IMG/VR virus record: IMGVR_UViG_3300011116_000925
Coordinates: 24,486-88,485 of that record
Origin: a virus
Length of the DNA stretch: 64,000 nucleotides
Direction: 5' to 3' (one strand)
Shown here: positions 29,731-39,471 of the stretch, one piece after another
Numbering within the stretch: position 1 is the stretch's first letter
How the letters are laid out: every line of letters begins with the position of its first letter
Translations under genes and position numbers: made by a program
Notes under the pieces: generated by a model
Told to the model about the DNA's origin: nothing
The model's database searches: none
Seen by the model: the letters and a program-made list of their open reading frames with translations, nothing else

Positions 29731-30210
29731 TTATGGATGTAATAGTAATTTTGAAAACAAATTTTTGAATTGAGGATTGTTTGCATCACCTAAATACCAT
29801 GCAACCGTAAGCTCTGGTCTCACACATGCTACCTGTTTTGCATTGATATACTTTCCATCAAATCCAGGAATCTTACAGAATTTAAAGAATTCAAATTCAT
29901 CAGCATTCATAATAAACGGATAAGATGGATCAATAATTTCATCATACAGAAAATCTAAATCTTTGGCTAAATTTGCAAAAATTTTGATCTGTTTAATATC
30001 TGCATGTTCAGCAGCAAGTGTAATTGTGGTGTTAAAATTAGATGCGCCTTGGGAATTTCCTAGACTAAGATATTTCTTAACCAATGGATGTTTGGCATAT
30101 TTGGTACCCATTTGGAATCCAGCATGATGCGCTTGGGCCATTCCTTTTCCTGAATTCATACTTTGTAAATCAGTTCTAACCAAAATATAGGCCACAATAT
30201 TTTCAACCAA
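29731..30210 (-). CDS. PTH2-like peptidyl-tRNA hydrolase-fold protein
   Basis: YILVRTDL..MNSGKGMAQAHHA matches the PTH2 N-terminal motif; C-terminal half divergent. Confidence 0.55.
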   Translation of the reverse strand: MVENIVAYILVRTDLQSMNSGKGMAQAHHAGFQMGTKYAKHPLVKKYLSLGNSQGASNFNTTITLAAEHADIKQIKIFANLAKDLDFLYDEIIDPSYPFIMNADEFEFFKFCKIPGFDGKYINAKQVACVRPELTVAWYLGDANNPQFKNLFSKLLLHP

Positions 30211-30262
30211 ATTGTATCTCCTCTATATGGATAGTAACATAATTTAGAATTAATACAACAAA

Positions 30263-30703
30263 TTATTTAGGCAATGGAGTCATAATTCGTCTACGGACAT
30301 CATCCAATTTTCGTTCAGCTTCTTTGACATCTCTTTCATATAGATTTAATTGATCTAACATTGAATCTGGAATCGTAGTATTTTGATTTCTTAAAATTTC
30401 AATTTGATGTTGAATTTTGTTCCATTTATCAGCTTGTTCATTTCTAACATGTTGATAAAAAGACAATTCTATATAATTAATATGATTCATAGTCTTTAGA
30501 ACTTCACTATAGAATGCTAATCTGGGAAGATTCAAATTATCCCATTGTGATATCACGGTAAAAATACTGGCTACCGCTGCCGCAATACTTCCTATCATAA
30601 TTATTTTGCTTTTAAAATACTCAAAAGCTCTAACTAATGGAGTCTTAATTATTTCATCTGTAGGATTTTCTGATTTCTTTCTATGTCTAGTTGTTGGCAT
30701 CAA
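30263..30703 (-). CDS. hypothetical protein with one TM segment and a coiled coil
   Basis: IIMIGSIAAAVASIFTVI. Confidence 0.6.
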   Translation of the reverse strand: MMPTTRHRKKSENPTDEIIKTPLVRAFEYFKSKIIMIGSIAAAVASIFTVISQWDNLNLPRLAFYSEVLKTMNHINYIELSFYQHVRNEQADKWNKIQHQIEILRNQNTTIPDSMLDQLNLYERDVKEAERKLDDVRRRIMTPLPK

Positions 30704-30704
30704 A

Positions 30705-31454
30705 TTAACCTATCACGAAGGTTAGTGGTTTTGAACCTTCCGCATATTTGTGTAGTTCATCTTCCATACGTTCAATCAATGCCTGGCCTTCAGCCTTTAA
30801 AGCCGTTCCATTTAATGTGGTACCACCTTGTGGTCCAGGAGTGCTTCCAAATTTTTCTCTAGCTTCTCCTATCATTATCTTTGCAATTCCTAATGAATAA
30901 TCCTTGATCCAAGGAGATGCATATATATCCTGTAATATGGTTTCATCTGGGCGATAATTATCTAACCATAATAATACATTTTCAAGTGCATGTATATTTC
31001 TATTGATTACTAGTTTTTTAGTCTGTGAATCATATGTGAATACAATATTTCCACCAAACATTCTGCCAACCAACTTTGTATATTGAACAAACATATCATA
31101 TGTAGCTAATCCACCTATTCTACCACCCTGTAACAAATACAAATTACTATAAGCAGATGAAAATGGATCAAAATTAGTTGACCCTTGACCAGAGGCCATT
31201 CCTCCCCATGATCGTCTATAAATCGCTCTAACATTCATAATGAGTGGATCAAGAACATATAGGTTTTGATTTGGTTGTAAATCTAAAAACCCATAACTTT
31301 CTTCCATACTATTTGAACTGAGCTGACGATATTTACTTATAGCTTTACCTAAGGCAACTTCATAATGAATTGGATCTAATTCCACCTCCACCATTCCACC
31401 ACCTAGCATTGCTTTTACATAATCATAGACATCTTTTTTTAAATCTATAGCCAT
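30705..31454 (-). CDS. neck protein (gp13-like)
   Basis: LGGGMVEVEL, WIKDY, GGTTLNG; TAAATA-N4-ATG start. Confidence 0.8.
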   Translation of the reverse strand: MAIDLKKDVYDYVKAMLGGGMVEVELDPIHYEVALGKAISKYRQLSSNSMEESYGFLDLQPNQNLYVLDPLIMNVRAIYRRSWGGMASGQGSTNFDPFSSAYSNLYLLQGGRIGGLATYDMFVQYTKLVGRMFGGNIVFTYDSQTKKLVINRNIHALENVLLWLDNYRPDETILQDIYASPWIKDYSLGIAKIMIGEAREKFGSTPGPQGGTTLNGTALKAEGQALIERMEDELHKYAEGSKPLTFVIG

Positions 31455-31461
31455 ATCATAT

Positions 31462-31782
31462 TTAGTATGGTCGTAAATTTTCTCTATCACTATATTTGAT
31501 GTCTATGAATAACGAATCAATTTCATATATCATACCATTGACTCGTTTCTTAAACGAGATATAATTATATTCATCATTCAACTGAAATCCACCAATAGGT
31601 GGTATCCATACTCTAGATTTAGTTGATTCATTATTTGATTCCATGGGAATTTCATTTTCAAACCAACCAGTTCTCCAAACACCTTGATAATTTATCAAGT
31701 AAGTTTTGGTATTAAAATCTATAAGTTTCGCAAATTCTTCATAATGATCTGGTAATTTAATTTCTTTTAAATTTACCTCCAT
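31462..31782 (-). CDS. hypothetical protein, paralog family A
   Basis: TYLI...WRTGWF shared with neighbours. Confidence 0.55.
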   Translation of the reverse strand: MEVNLKEIKLPDHYEEFAKLIDFNTKTYLINYQGVWRTGWFENEIPMESNNESTKSRVWIPPIGGFQLNDEYNYISFKKRVNGMIYEIDSLFIDIKYSDRENLRPY

Positions 31783-32123
31783 CTACGTGAACCCATACCA
31801 CTATCATAATCAGAATATCCAGATTTGATAGCAGAAAATAGATCATCTAGCTCGTAAATGTCTAAAATTTTGGATAAATCTGAATCAGATCTGAGTTTCG
31901 TAGATACATAGGTGATTGGAGTGATCATTTGAAAAAATCCCTCATAGAAATCCATCTTAAATTGAACCACTGCAGGTCCATCCTTAGTTCTAAGGAAATA
32001 GACTTTTTTCATATCAACCATTTTAAGCAATTCTAATAGAGTATCAGGCTTTTTAAGTTTATGGAGTGTTAGGAAATCTCCAGAATTTGACGGTTCGTTA
32101 TCATCTTCATCAATATGTGACAT
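31773..32123 (-). CDS. hypothetical protein, paralog family A
   Basis: YFLRT...FKMDF...SDL...IK. Confidence 0.6.
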   Translation of the reverse strand: MSHIDEDDNEPSNSGDFLTLHKLKKPDTLLELLKMVDMKKVYFLRTKDGPAVVQFKMDFYEGFFQMITPITYVSTKLRSDSDLSKILDIYELDDLFSAIKSGYSDYDSGMGSRRWR

Positions 32124-32404
32124 TACAAATCCTCCGATTTCTTAATTGAATACAACGTGTCATCAATAATAAAGGCACAAGAAATAGATTTCAAATCAGA
32201 TTCATATCTAATTCTCCAAAGGTCTCCATTGCTTTCCATAAAACCAAATAGACCACTAGAAAAATCCATCTTAAATTTTCCAACTCTCCATCGGTCACCT
32301 GTTCGAAGAAGATATGTTGTTCCTACTTCAAATCCTCGAAAACAGTCAAGCAAAGTTTCTCCGAGTACCACTGGTTTAAATCTAAAAAGATCACTATTAT
32401 TCAT
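32123..32404 (-). CDS. hypothetical protein, paralog family A
   Basis: YLLRT...FKMDF...SDL...IK. Confidence 0.6.
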   Translation of the reverse strand: MNNSDLFRFKPVVLGETLLDCFRGFEVGTTYLLRTGDRWRVGKFKMDFSSGLFGFMESNGDLWRIRYESDLKSISCAFIIDDTLYSIKKSEDL

Positions 32405-33507
32405 TATTTAAATGCCTTCAGAATTAGGGTTTCTAGTGTCAGACGACCTCGACATTTTTGTTCAGTTGCCTTGATTGCCTTAATTTCTTTTTCTGCCTGT
32501 GTAAACTTATTATGAGTTCTAATAACTTTAAGTTGCTGATCAGGCTTTCGAAGTGTTTTCCTAAAACTAACATTAGGATCAAAATCCTGAATTTTAGTTC
32601 CCTTAATTGTCAATACTCCACCGACCTTAGCCATATAGACTTCGATCTTTCGATATTTGACATTATATACGAGAACAGATGTTGAACCCACAATTTCAAC
32701 TGGATTAATACCAACCACATTGAGTTTATCATCTCGGCTCAGATATTTTACCTTTCGAACCAATTCAGATGCAGTCTTAACCTTCTTCTTTCGTGCAGGA
32801 CGACCAGCCTTAGTATTGGCCTTAAGATTATCGAGCTCACTTAACAAAGAAACATACCATTCCTTTGCCAATCTAATTCTCTTTCTATTCCAGTTTGAAT
32901 AAGATTCTGTGACTTGATCATCCTTTCCAATCAATTCCAATTCATCTAGATGTCTCTTGTAATAATTCTTAACTACGTTAGTATGAATAGCCGATTGACG
33001 AAGAAGCTGTCCAGGATTATCCCATTTCTCTACATCAATCATATCATCCAAAGTTGCAATAAGATTATCGGTGGCTGTTTTCATTCTTTCACCAGGACTG
33101 ATCTTCTTTTCTGATTTCAAAATTTCTACAGAAGTTGGATCATTCAAATAACTGGTCGTAATATCATCCCAACGAACCTTATATCTTTCAATTGTGTCCT
33201 TGCTTAGATTTGCGCCCCCCATCCAAATCCAGGCAATTTTTCCAACATTCAAAAATGCCGTATCCTTGATGCCAGAATATCCTTCATGTGGCAAATTAAA
33301 CATTTTTGCGGCATCCAAAGCAAATCTCTTTAGATCCTTAGTATCAAATACTGCATTTGCCCAATTCAAAGCCTCACCAAATTTTGATTCGTAATCTGTT
33401 CGAGTACAATCAATTTCTGCCAATAGTGGTTCATTCCCATATGCTTTGATAATATCAGCAGCATATCGAATCTTTCGACCAGTATTTGATTTCTTTCCGC
33501 GAGCCAT
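32404..33507 (-). CDS. basic hypothetical protein
   Basis: 367-aa ORF with C-terminal KTLRKP...GR. Confidence 0.7.
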   Translation of the reverse strand: MARGKKSNTGRKIRYAADIIKAYGNEPLLAEIDCTRTDYESKFGEALNWANAVFDTKDLKRFALDAAKMFNLPHEGYSGIKDTAFLNVGKIAWIWMGGANLSKDTIERYKVRWDDITTSYLNDPTSVEILKSEKKISPGERMKTATDNLIATLDDMIDVEKWDNPGQLLRQSAIHTNVVKNYYKRHLDELELIGKDDQVTESYSNWNRKRIRLAKEWYVSLLSELDNLKANTKAGRPARKKKVKTASELVRKVKYLSRDDKLNVVGINPVEIVGSTSVLVYNVKYRKIEVYMAKVGGVLTIKGTKIQDFDPNVSFRKTLRKPDQQLKVIRTHNKFTQAEKEIKAIKATEQKCRGRLTLETLILKAFK

Positions 33508-33816
33508 TTAATATTCCTTTATAATTCCATGACCATGATATTGCGTGGTTCGTTGCACGCCACATGACGTATAATAATTAGCTACCACATCATTCCATCT
33601 GAGTACAAAAAAAGTATATGCTGTTTCATTTAAAAAATCAACACGAAATTTATCAGTAGGTTTTGGATGTCTCCATTTCACACTATATTCAGATAAATCA
33701 TAGGTATCAATTAACCATTTATTCATTCTACGCATTATTTGATTGGCTCCATTTTTATCTTGCCAACATGCATAGAAATAATATGAATAGGTATATTTTG
33801 GAATATTAAATTTCAT
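33508..33816 (-). CDS. hypothetical protein, family B (FxLxW)
   Basis: FLNETAYTFFVLRWND. Confidence 0.55.
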   Translation of the reverse strand: MKFNIPKYTYSYYFYACWQDKNGANQIMRRMNKWLIDTYDLSEYSVKWRHPKPTDKFRVDFLNETAYTFFVLRWNDVVANYYTSCGVQRTTQYHGHGIIKEY

Positions 33817-34082
33817 TTTATGCTTGTGAATTTATCATGCCATGCCAATAGAAACATAGATAGGTATTCTTGTGATTTGAACCTAAAGCAATCTACAATA
33901 TACCACTCAGAATTTATTTTTGTTTCAGTTGCAATAGAATGAATTCGAGTCTTAAATCCATAATTGCCAAATTGTTTCAAACACCAATTTTCTGCAGCAA
34001 TTAATGTATATGTGAAATTTGTATTACCATATGAAAAATATCCAAATGGGACCTTAAGGTTATATCCAAATCGATATTTCAT
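33813..34082 (-). CDS. hypothetical protein, family B (FxLxW)
   Basis: WC...FG...FKSQEYLSMFLLAWHD. Confidence 0.6.
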   Translation of the reverse strand: MKYRFGYNLKVPFGYFSYGNTNFTYTLIAAENWCLKQFGNYGFKTRIHSIATETKINSEWYIVDCFRFKSQEYLSMFLLAWHDKFTSIK

Positions 34083-34321
34083 TCTGAAAATGCTCGCAGT
34101 TTTTCATTCCAAGCCAAAATGAACATTCCCATATCTCGTTCATGCCTAAATGTAAAAATTGCATTTAAGAAAAAATCTGGATGTCCGTATGAAAAATTCT
34201 TAATGCCAAAATTTCTGCCACACCATTTGTTTGCATCAATACACATCTTTCTAAATTCTGATTGTAAAGAATGTTTGGCATAACTCAATGAAAATTGAAT
34301 CATATTTTGGTACAGCTTCAT
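34079..34321 (-). CDS. hypothetical protein, family B (FxLxW)
   Basis: WC...FG...FRHERDMGMFILAWNE; the track's TTG start coincides with a -35 box, so ATG 34321 is preferred. Confidence 0.55.
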   Translation of the reverse strand: MKLYQNMIQFSLSYAKHSLQSEFRKMCIDANKWCGRNFGIKNFSYGHPDFFLNAIFTFRHERDMGMFILAWNEKLRAFSE

Positions 34322-34377
34322 ATATACCAATAATAACACAATATTATTATTGGTCAATCACTACTTTGGATAAATTA

Positions 34378-35064
34378 CTATAATTTGGGCAATTTATCAG
34401 ATGTTGGCCAATCATAGTTCTTTTGGAACCTACGTATTGTTGACTTGAAATCATTTCTAAGAGTGTATCCAGATTGATTCATTTGGGTTTCATAATAATG
34501 ATACAATTTTTCAACCATACTTATATCAGACACCGTAACTAATCTTGGCCTAACTATTGATGGAGACTTCTTTCTAGTAACCACATATCCCAAATTCCAA
34601 GCAATTTGAATCTTTTCTTTTTGAGTTTTGATTTTTGATTTATTATAATACCATCCATCAGAAGTTGACATTAACGGCGTCCCAGTTGCATTATACATAT
34701 GAACATTAACATAATGATTGCGCTTCACTGGATTATATTCATCAATTGAATAAACTGAATCACCTGAACCAAATGATTCTTGTAACGATTTAAATAATTT
34801 TAAAGTTTTAATTTTATCATCAGTGATCATAATCCATGATGAACCATGGTTTGATATTATCAATAATTCAGCAAATAAATTCATTTGTGATATGATTTGG
34901 GATACTAAATTTTTATGTATTCGCCTAGCAACTTTACCTAAAGAAAAATTTGTTAAGATATGTGCATCTCGTTCATCTTGTGATAAATTGCTTCGATGAA
35001 GACCAATCTTAGCCTTTTTATATGCCAATAATTGTTCTAAATCTTCCTTATTAATATTAATCAT
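34378..35064 (-). CDS. hypothetical protein
   Basis: 228-aa ORF after TTGCTA-N16-TATATT. Confidence 0.6.
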   Translation of the reverse strand: MININKEDLEQLLAYKKAKIGLHRSNLSQDERDAHILTNFSLGKVARRIHKNLVSQIISQMNLFAELLIISNHGSSWIMITDDKIKTLKLFKSLQESFGSGDSVYSIDEYNPVKRNHYVNVHMYNATGTPLMSTSDGWYYNKSKIKTQKEKIQIAWNLGYVVTRKKSPSIVRPRLVTVSDISMVEKLYHYYETQMNQSGYTLRNDFKSTIRRFQKNYDWPTSDKLPKL

Positions 35065-35109
35065 TGTTATTAATATACAACATTGAGTAATGATAGCAAT
35101 AAATAAAGT

Positions 35110-36453
35110 ATGCCCAAAATAAGTCTATGGCAAAAAAATAAAAACTTAGATTACCAATTTTTTGATAGAAATATTCGTGAAATGTTTCATATTGGTGGGA
35201 CAGATTTCTATATCCATAAATATCTGGGTCCTGGTACGAACTCCACATCAAATGATCCGAGCCAACCCAACTATAATTCAAATGGTGCTCTAAATATTCA
35301 AGATTTATTATTTCTAGAAAACAGAGATCGTAAATATGATCCTGATATTTTTGAATTACGTGGATCATATACAATCACAGATATAGATTTCAATTTAACA
35401 CAATTTGGAATTATGTTATCCAATGATGCAATTGTAATAACATTTCATATCAATGAAACCATTGAACGTCTTGGTAGAAAAATACTTAGTGGAGATGTTT
35501 TAGAAGTGCCACATCTTAAAGATGATTGGAGTCTTGATCTAACACAATCTGAAAGCCTTCGTAAATTTTATGTTGTGGATGACGTCGCTCCTGCATCTGA
35601 AGGATATAGCCCAACATGGTGGCCTCATTTGTATAGAGTAAAAGCAAAACCTATAACTGATAGTCAGGAATATAAAGATATTCTACAACAACCAACTGGA
35701 GGATTAAATCCTAATGGTACTGATACAACATTAGCAGATTTAATTGGGACACATAATACAAATACTAATATCAATAATGCCATAATAGCTAAAGCTGAAG
35801 CAGATGCTCCATTGAGTGGTTATCAAACACAACAATTTTTTGTGATCCCAACAACAACAGATGGCGTGGTTAGTACAAATGCTTCCTTTTTATTATCAGG
35901 AAGTATTGGAAATATTATTAAGGTAGATTCTACTGAGAATATTACTAGAGGTATGTTAGTAAAATCTGCTGGTATGCTTCCTATGACTTTGGAAGTTGAT
36001 GAAATTATTGATGGCCAAACTATAAAGCTGAATGATGTTGTTACAAATTATCCTTTGAATAATAGTTTCATACGATTTGTAACAAGTACCTTGGGATGGT
36101 CAAGTGATGTATTAACTGCAAAAACAAATGGATGGACTGCTGGATATTTGACTGGAGATGGTATTCCTCCAAATGGCTACGTGGCAACCCATGGTACATC
36201 ATTTTCGGATTCACCTACAGAAGGAGAATTTTTCCTTAGAACTGATTACTATCCTAATCGACTATTTCGATTCGATGGTGCCACTTGGAGAGCAATTGAA
36301 AGCAATGTTAAAATGACCATGACCAATAATAACATTAGAAATACACAGAAATCTGGATTTATAAACAATCAGAAAACAAACACATTTGATGGTCAAGTTG
36401 TGAATGAACGACAGAGTTTGAGCCAGGTTCTTAAACCTAAAGCTGATTTTTAA
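35110..36453 (+). CDS. neck / head-closure protein (gp14-like) with C-terminal extension
   Basis: IQDLLFLENRDRKYD, LTQFGI, GDVLEVPHL; TAAATA-N4-ATG. Confidence 0.7.
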   Translation: MPKISLWQKNKNLDYQFFDRNIREMFHIGGTDFYIHKYLGPGTNSTSNDPSQPNYNSNGALNIQDLLFLENRDRKYDPDIFELRGSYTITDIDFNLTQFGIMLSNDAIVITFHINETIERLGRKILSGDVLEVPHLKDDWSLDLTQSESLRKFYVVDDVAPASEGYSPTWWPHLYRVKAKPITDSQEYKDILQQPTGGLNPNGTDTTLADLIGTHNTNTNINNAIIAKAEADAPLSGYQTQQFFVIPTTTDGVVSTNASFLLSGSIGNIIKVDSTENITRGMLVKSAGMLPMTLEVDEIIDGQTIKLNDVVTNYPLNNSFIRFVTSTLGWSSDVLTAKTNGWTAGYLTGDGIPPNGYVATHGTSFSDSPTEGEFFLRTDYYPNRLFRFDGATWRAIESNVKMTMTNNNIRNTQKSGFINNQKTNTFDGQVVNERQSLSQVLKPKADF

Positions 36454-36479
36454 TTTTTAAGATTATTTGGAGAAATTTA

Positions 36480-37841
36480 ATTCAATATTTTTATGACGGC
36501 CAAGTTCGCAGATACATAGCTCAATTTATTAGATTGTTAAGCAATGTAGGATATAAATCTGGAATCGATATCAATGGAAATGATGTCATAGTAGGTGTTC
36601 CTATAAAATATGCAGAAACTAGTAAACAAGCAAGTCTAATTCTAGTTAACAACAGTCAGAATGCTGTTCTTACTGCTCCTGCCATTGCCTGTTACATCAC
36701 AGAAATGACATACAATCGAGAACGTATGCAAGAACCAAATCATATTGATAAAATTCATGTTAGGGAACGGCAATTCGATAATGAAACAAATTCATATACG
36801 ACGAATCAAGGACAGGGATACACGGTTGAGAGACATATGCCTGTTCCGTTTGATTTAATTGTCAATGCAGATTTATGGACAACCAGTACTGATCAAAAAT
36901 TGCAAATCTTAGAACAATTATTAGTGTGGTTTAATCCAAGTTTTGAGATACAAACTAATAATAATTTTATAGATTGGACTAGTTTAAGCTTAGTTGAACT
37001 AACAAATTTAACCTTTAGTAATAGAAGTATTCCAATTAATGATGATACATATGATGTAGCCACAATGACATTTACTATACCAATCTGGTTGAGTCCACCT
37101 GTGAAACTAAAGAAACTAGGGGTGATACAAACAATTTTTGCTAACATTTATGATGACTCTGGAATGATGAATGATGATATCATTAGTGGTGTATTAATGA
37201 GCAGACAATATATTACACCAACAAATTTTGGATTATTAATTTTAGATGGAAAAGCTAAACTTACTGCTCCTAGTGATGTTGTTACAAATTCAAATGACTC
37301 ATTAACAATTCCCACTAAATTGGGTACCGTATTAGATTGGCATAGACTCGTAAATCTATATGGTGAAATCAAAGATGGTATTAGTCTTCTACGACTAACT
37401 ACTGATGAAGGAAATGATATCATTGGCACTGTTTCGATAGATCCAGATAATGTTGATATACTAAATTTTGTAATTGATCCAGACACCATTCCAACTAATA
37501 CACTAACAGCAATTAATGCAATAATAAATCCATTAACCAAAGGACCTAATTCTGGTTTACCAACCGCAACAATTGGCCAACGATATCTTCTTGTTGATGA
37601 TATTGGTAATGATAATAATCAATATCCAGCATCTTCTTGGGGAAATATTATTGCAAAAACAAATGATATTATAGAATATGATGGATCTAATTGGATTGTA
37701 AGCTTTAATGCAGAAACTACCAATTCAATCGCATATGTTACTAATGCATTTACTAACATACAATATAAATGGTCCGGAACACAATGGGTGAAATCATATG
37801 AGGGATCATGGGCTCCTGGTCTGTGGACATTGGTTCTATAA
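36480..37841 (+). CDS. tail terminator / sheath stabiliser (gp15-like), probable ATT start
   Basis: VPIKYA, PVPFDL, QILEQLLVWFNP, FTIPIWLSPP; frame extends upstream as (I)QYFYDGQVRRYIAQF behind a GGAGA SD. Confidence 0.75.
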   Translation: MQYFYDGQVRRYIAQFIRLLSNVGYKSGIDINGNDVIVGVPIKYAETSKQASLILVNNSQNAVLTAPAIACYITEMTYNRERMQEPNHIDKIHVRERQFDNETNSYTTNQGQGYTVERHMPVPFDLIVNADLWTTSTDQKLQILEQLLVWFNPSFEIQTNNNFIDWTSLSLVELTNLTFSNRSIPINDDTYDVATMTFTIPIWLSPPVKLKKLGVIQTIFANIYDDSGMMNDDIISGVLMSRQYITPTNFGLLILDGKAKLTAPSDVVTNSNDSLTIPTKLGTVLDWHRLVNLYGEIKDGISLLRLTTDEGNDIIGTVSIDPDNVDILNFVIDPDTIPTNTLTAINAIINPLTKGPNSGLPTATIGQRYLLVDDIGNDNNQYPASSWGNIIAKTNDIIEYDGSNWIVSFNAETTNSIAYVTNAFTNIQYKWSGTQWVKSYEGSWAPGLWTLVL

Positions 37842-37876
37842 CTTAATTTAGATGAATTATTATCATAATTATATGT

Positions 37877-38338
37877 ATGACAAGTTATGCAAGTGGTGGA
37901 ATTTTCTATAATATCAATACTAATAAATTTTTATTTTTACTTAGAGGAGATAGTAGTTTCAAGAATAAATGGGGTATAGTTGGTGGTAAACGAGATAATT
38001 ATGAATCAGATATAGATACCATATTGCGTGAAACTAGAGAAGAAATTGGATTTCTACCTTATATCAGAAGTATAGAAGAAATTGATCAATTTATTAGTGA
38101 TGACAAAAAATTTCAATATTCTACATATTTTATTGTCGTTAATGATGAATTTAAACCAATATTAAACAGAGAACATTATGGATACGCTTGGGTTCGACTA
38201 AATTGTTGGCCCAAACCATTACATCCTGGATTACACAAAACTTTGTCAAAAGAAATTGTACAAATGATAATTTCTAAAAAAATTACAGAATATTTTATAT
38301 TCAATTCTACATCAACAAATGCCAAGGATCAGGACTAA
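37877..38338 (+). CDS. Nudix hydrolase
   Basis: GGK...E.......RETREEIG Nudix box. Confidence 0.88.
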   Translation: MTSYASGGIFYNINTNKFLFLLRGDSSFKNKWGIVGGKRDNYESDIDTILRETREEIGFLPYIRSIEEIDQFISDDKKFQYSTYFIVVNDEFKPILNREHYGYAWVRLNCWPKPLHPGLHKTLSKEIVQMIISKKITEYFIFNSTSTNAKDQD

Positions 38339-38888
38339 ATCTTAAACTAAGTGCCCATCTATCTTCTGAAGAATAATTCTCAACCTTATGTGGTACTTTG
38401 ACATTCAAAATCGTAGGTTTGTCTAATACGAAACTATCTAGGTATGTAAGATATCGTTGATCATATCCTGTATAAGATCCTCCACCATTAAATAATTCAT
38501 CTTCTTTTCCAGATACCTTAGATTCAAAAAAGAATGTTTTACTTTGTTCGCAATTTTTCATTGGCCAATTTAACGCCAAATCCTCTAATGTATGATCAGT
38601 ATGAGCCATATTTCTTTTATGAATTGGAACTTTATCAAATGGTAGCGCACATATTACGGCGGCATATGTTAAATCTAGATTAAATTTTTTAAATACGTCA
38701 GTTAAAATATTAGAATGCAATACATGTTCGTGATTTATTCTAGAAAAAAATCTATAAATCTTTCCATTTCTATCTCTAACAACAGGCGAATATGATTTCA
38801 CATAATCAAATAATTTAATTGCAATTGCTCCGTCGGGATCTAAATCAAATTTCTTAAATAATGGAATTTTATTTTGTTGGAGTGACAC
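38307..38888 (-). CDS. 2OG-Fe(II) oxygenase / cupin-like protein
   Basis: HTD, LNWP, PTILNVKVPHKVEN...RWALSLRF double-stranded beta-helix pattern. Confidence 0.55.
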   Translation of the reverse strand: MSLQQNKIPLFKKFDLDPDGAIAIKLFDYVKSYSPVVRDRNGKIYRFFSRINHEHVLHSNILTDVFKKFNLDLTYAAVICALPFDKVPIHKRNMAHTDHTLEDLALNWPMKNCEQSKTFFFESKVSGKEDELFNGGGSYTGYDQRYLTYLDSFVLDKPTILNVKVPHKVENYSSEDRWALSLRFSPDPWHLLM

Positions 38889-39471
38889 GAGTTACTTTCA
38901 TTTCATATGGATATATCGTTTTTAAAACATATTTGGTATACAGTGGATTTTTAGAATTTTCATTTTTAGGAACAATTTCCATTGTTTCTATTGTTGCTGT
39001 CTTTCCAAGTATTTCTAGGGTTGGTTTTAACCAAGGAGTCCAAGTCATTGACGTTGGTGCAGAACTAAAAATATAATCAACATAAAAAAATTCATTAAAT
39101 CCCATCATTGATACATCAATTACTGCTTGGCTTATAGGTAAATTTTTTGCTCTTGGCTTTTTGATATTTTTATTTGAAAATGTTGCCAACCATGAAATTG
39201 CATTCAATTCCTTATCCCACCATTTTTGAAAATGTGTGAATGCCAATAATTCATTTGCTTCATTGTATGATCCATAAAAAAAATTAATATCATTATCTGC
39301 AAGTCTTAATTTAGTATAATAATCCCATTGACCAGTATCGACTGTTTCTGTTGGAGGAATTGGATATCCATTGGGAATTGATACCAATGGATATCCATGA
39401 TAAGTTGTTGTGCTATCACGAACCAATTTCATACTGTCGAAATCATCAGATGTCAGTCTACATATTGTCAT
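38869..39471 (-). CDS. hypothetical protein, possible GNAT fold
   Basis: ICRLTSDDF...FFYGSYNEANELLAF pattern; weak. Confidence 0.4.
   Translation of the reverse strand: MTICRLTSDDFDSMKLVRDSTTTYHGYPLVSIPNGYPIPPTETVDTGQWDYYTKLRLADNDINFFYGSYNEANELLAFTHFQKWWDKELNAISWLATFSNKNIKKPRAKNLPISQAVIDVSMMGFNEFFYVDYIFSSAPTSMTWTPWLKPTLEILGKTATIETMEIVPKNENSKNPLYTKYVLKTIYPYEMKVTRVTPTK

Noticed and set aside
34322-34357. TTG start at 34357 given by the ORF track
   Set aside because: It coincides with a TTGACC -35 box; ATG 34321 fits the promoter better
35057-35374. 105-aa minus-strand ORF
   Set aside because: Overlaps the gp14-like gene antisense and spans the divergent promoter region
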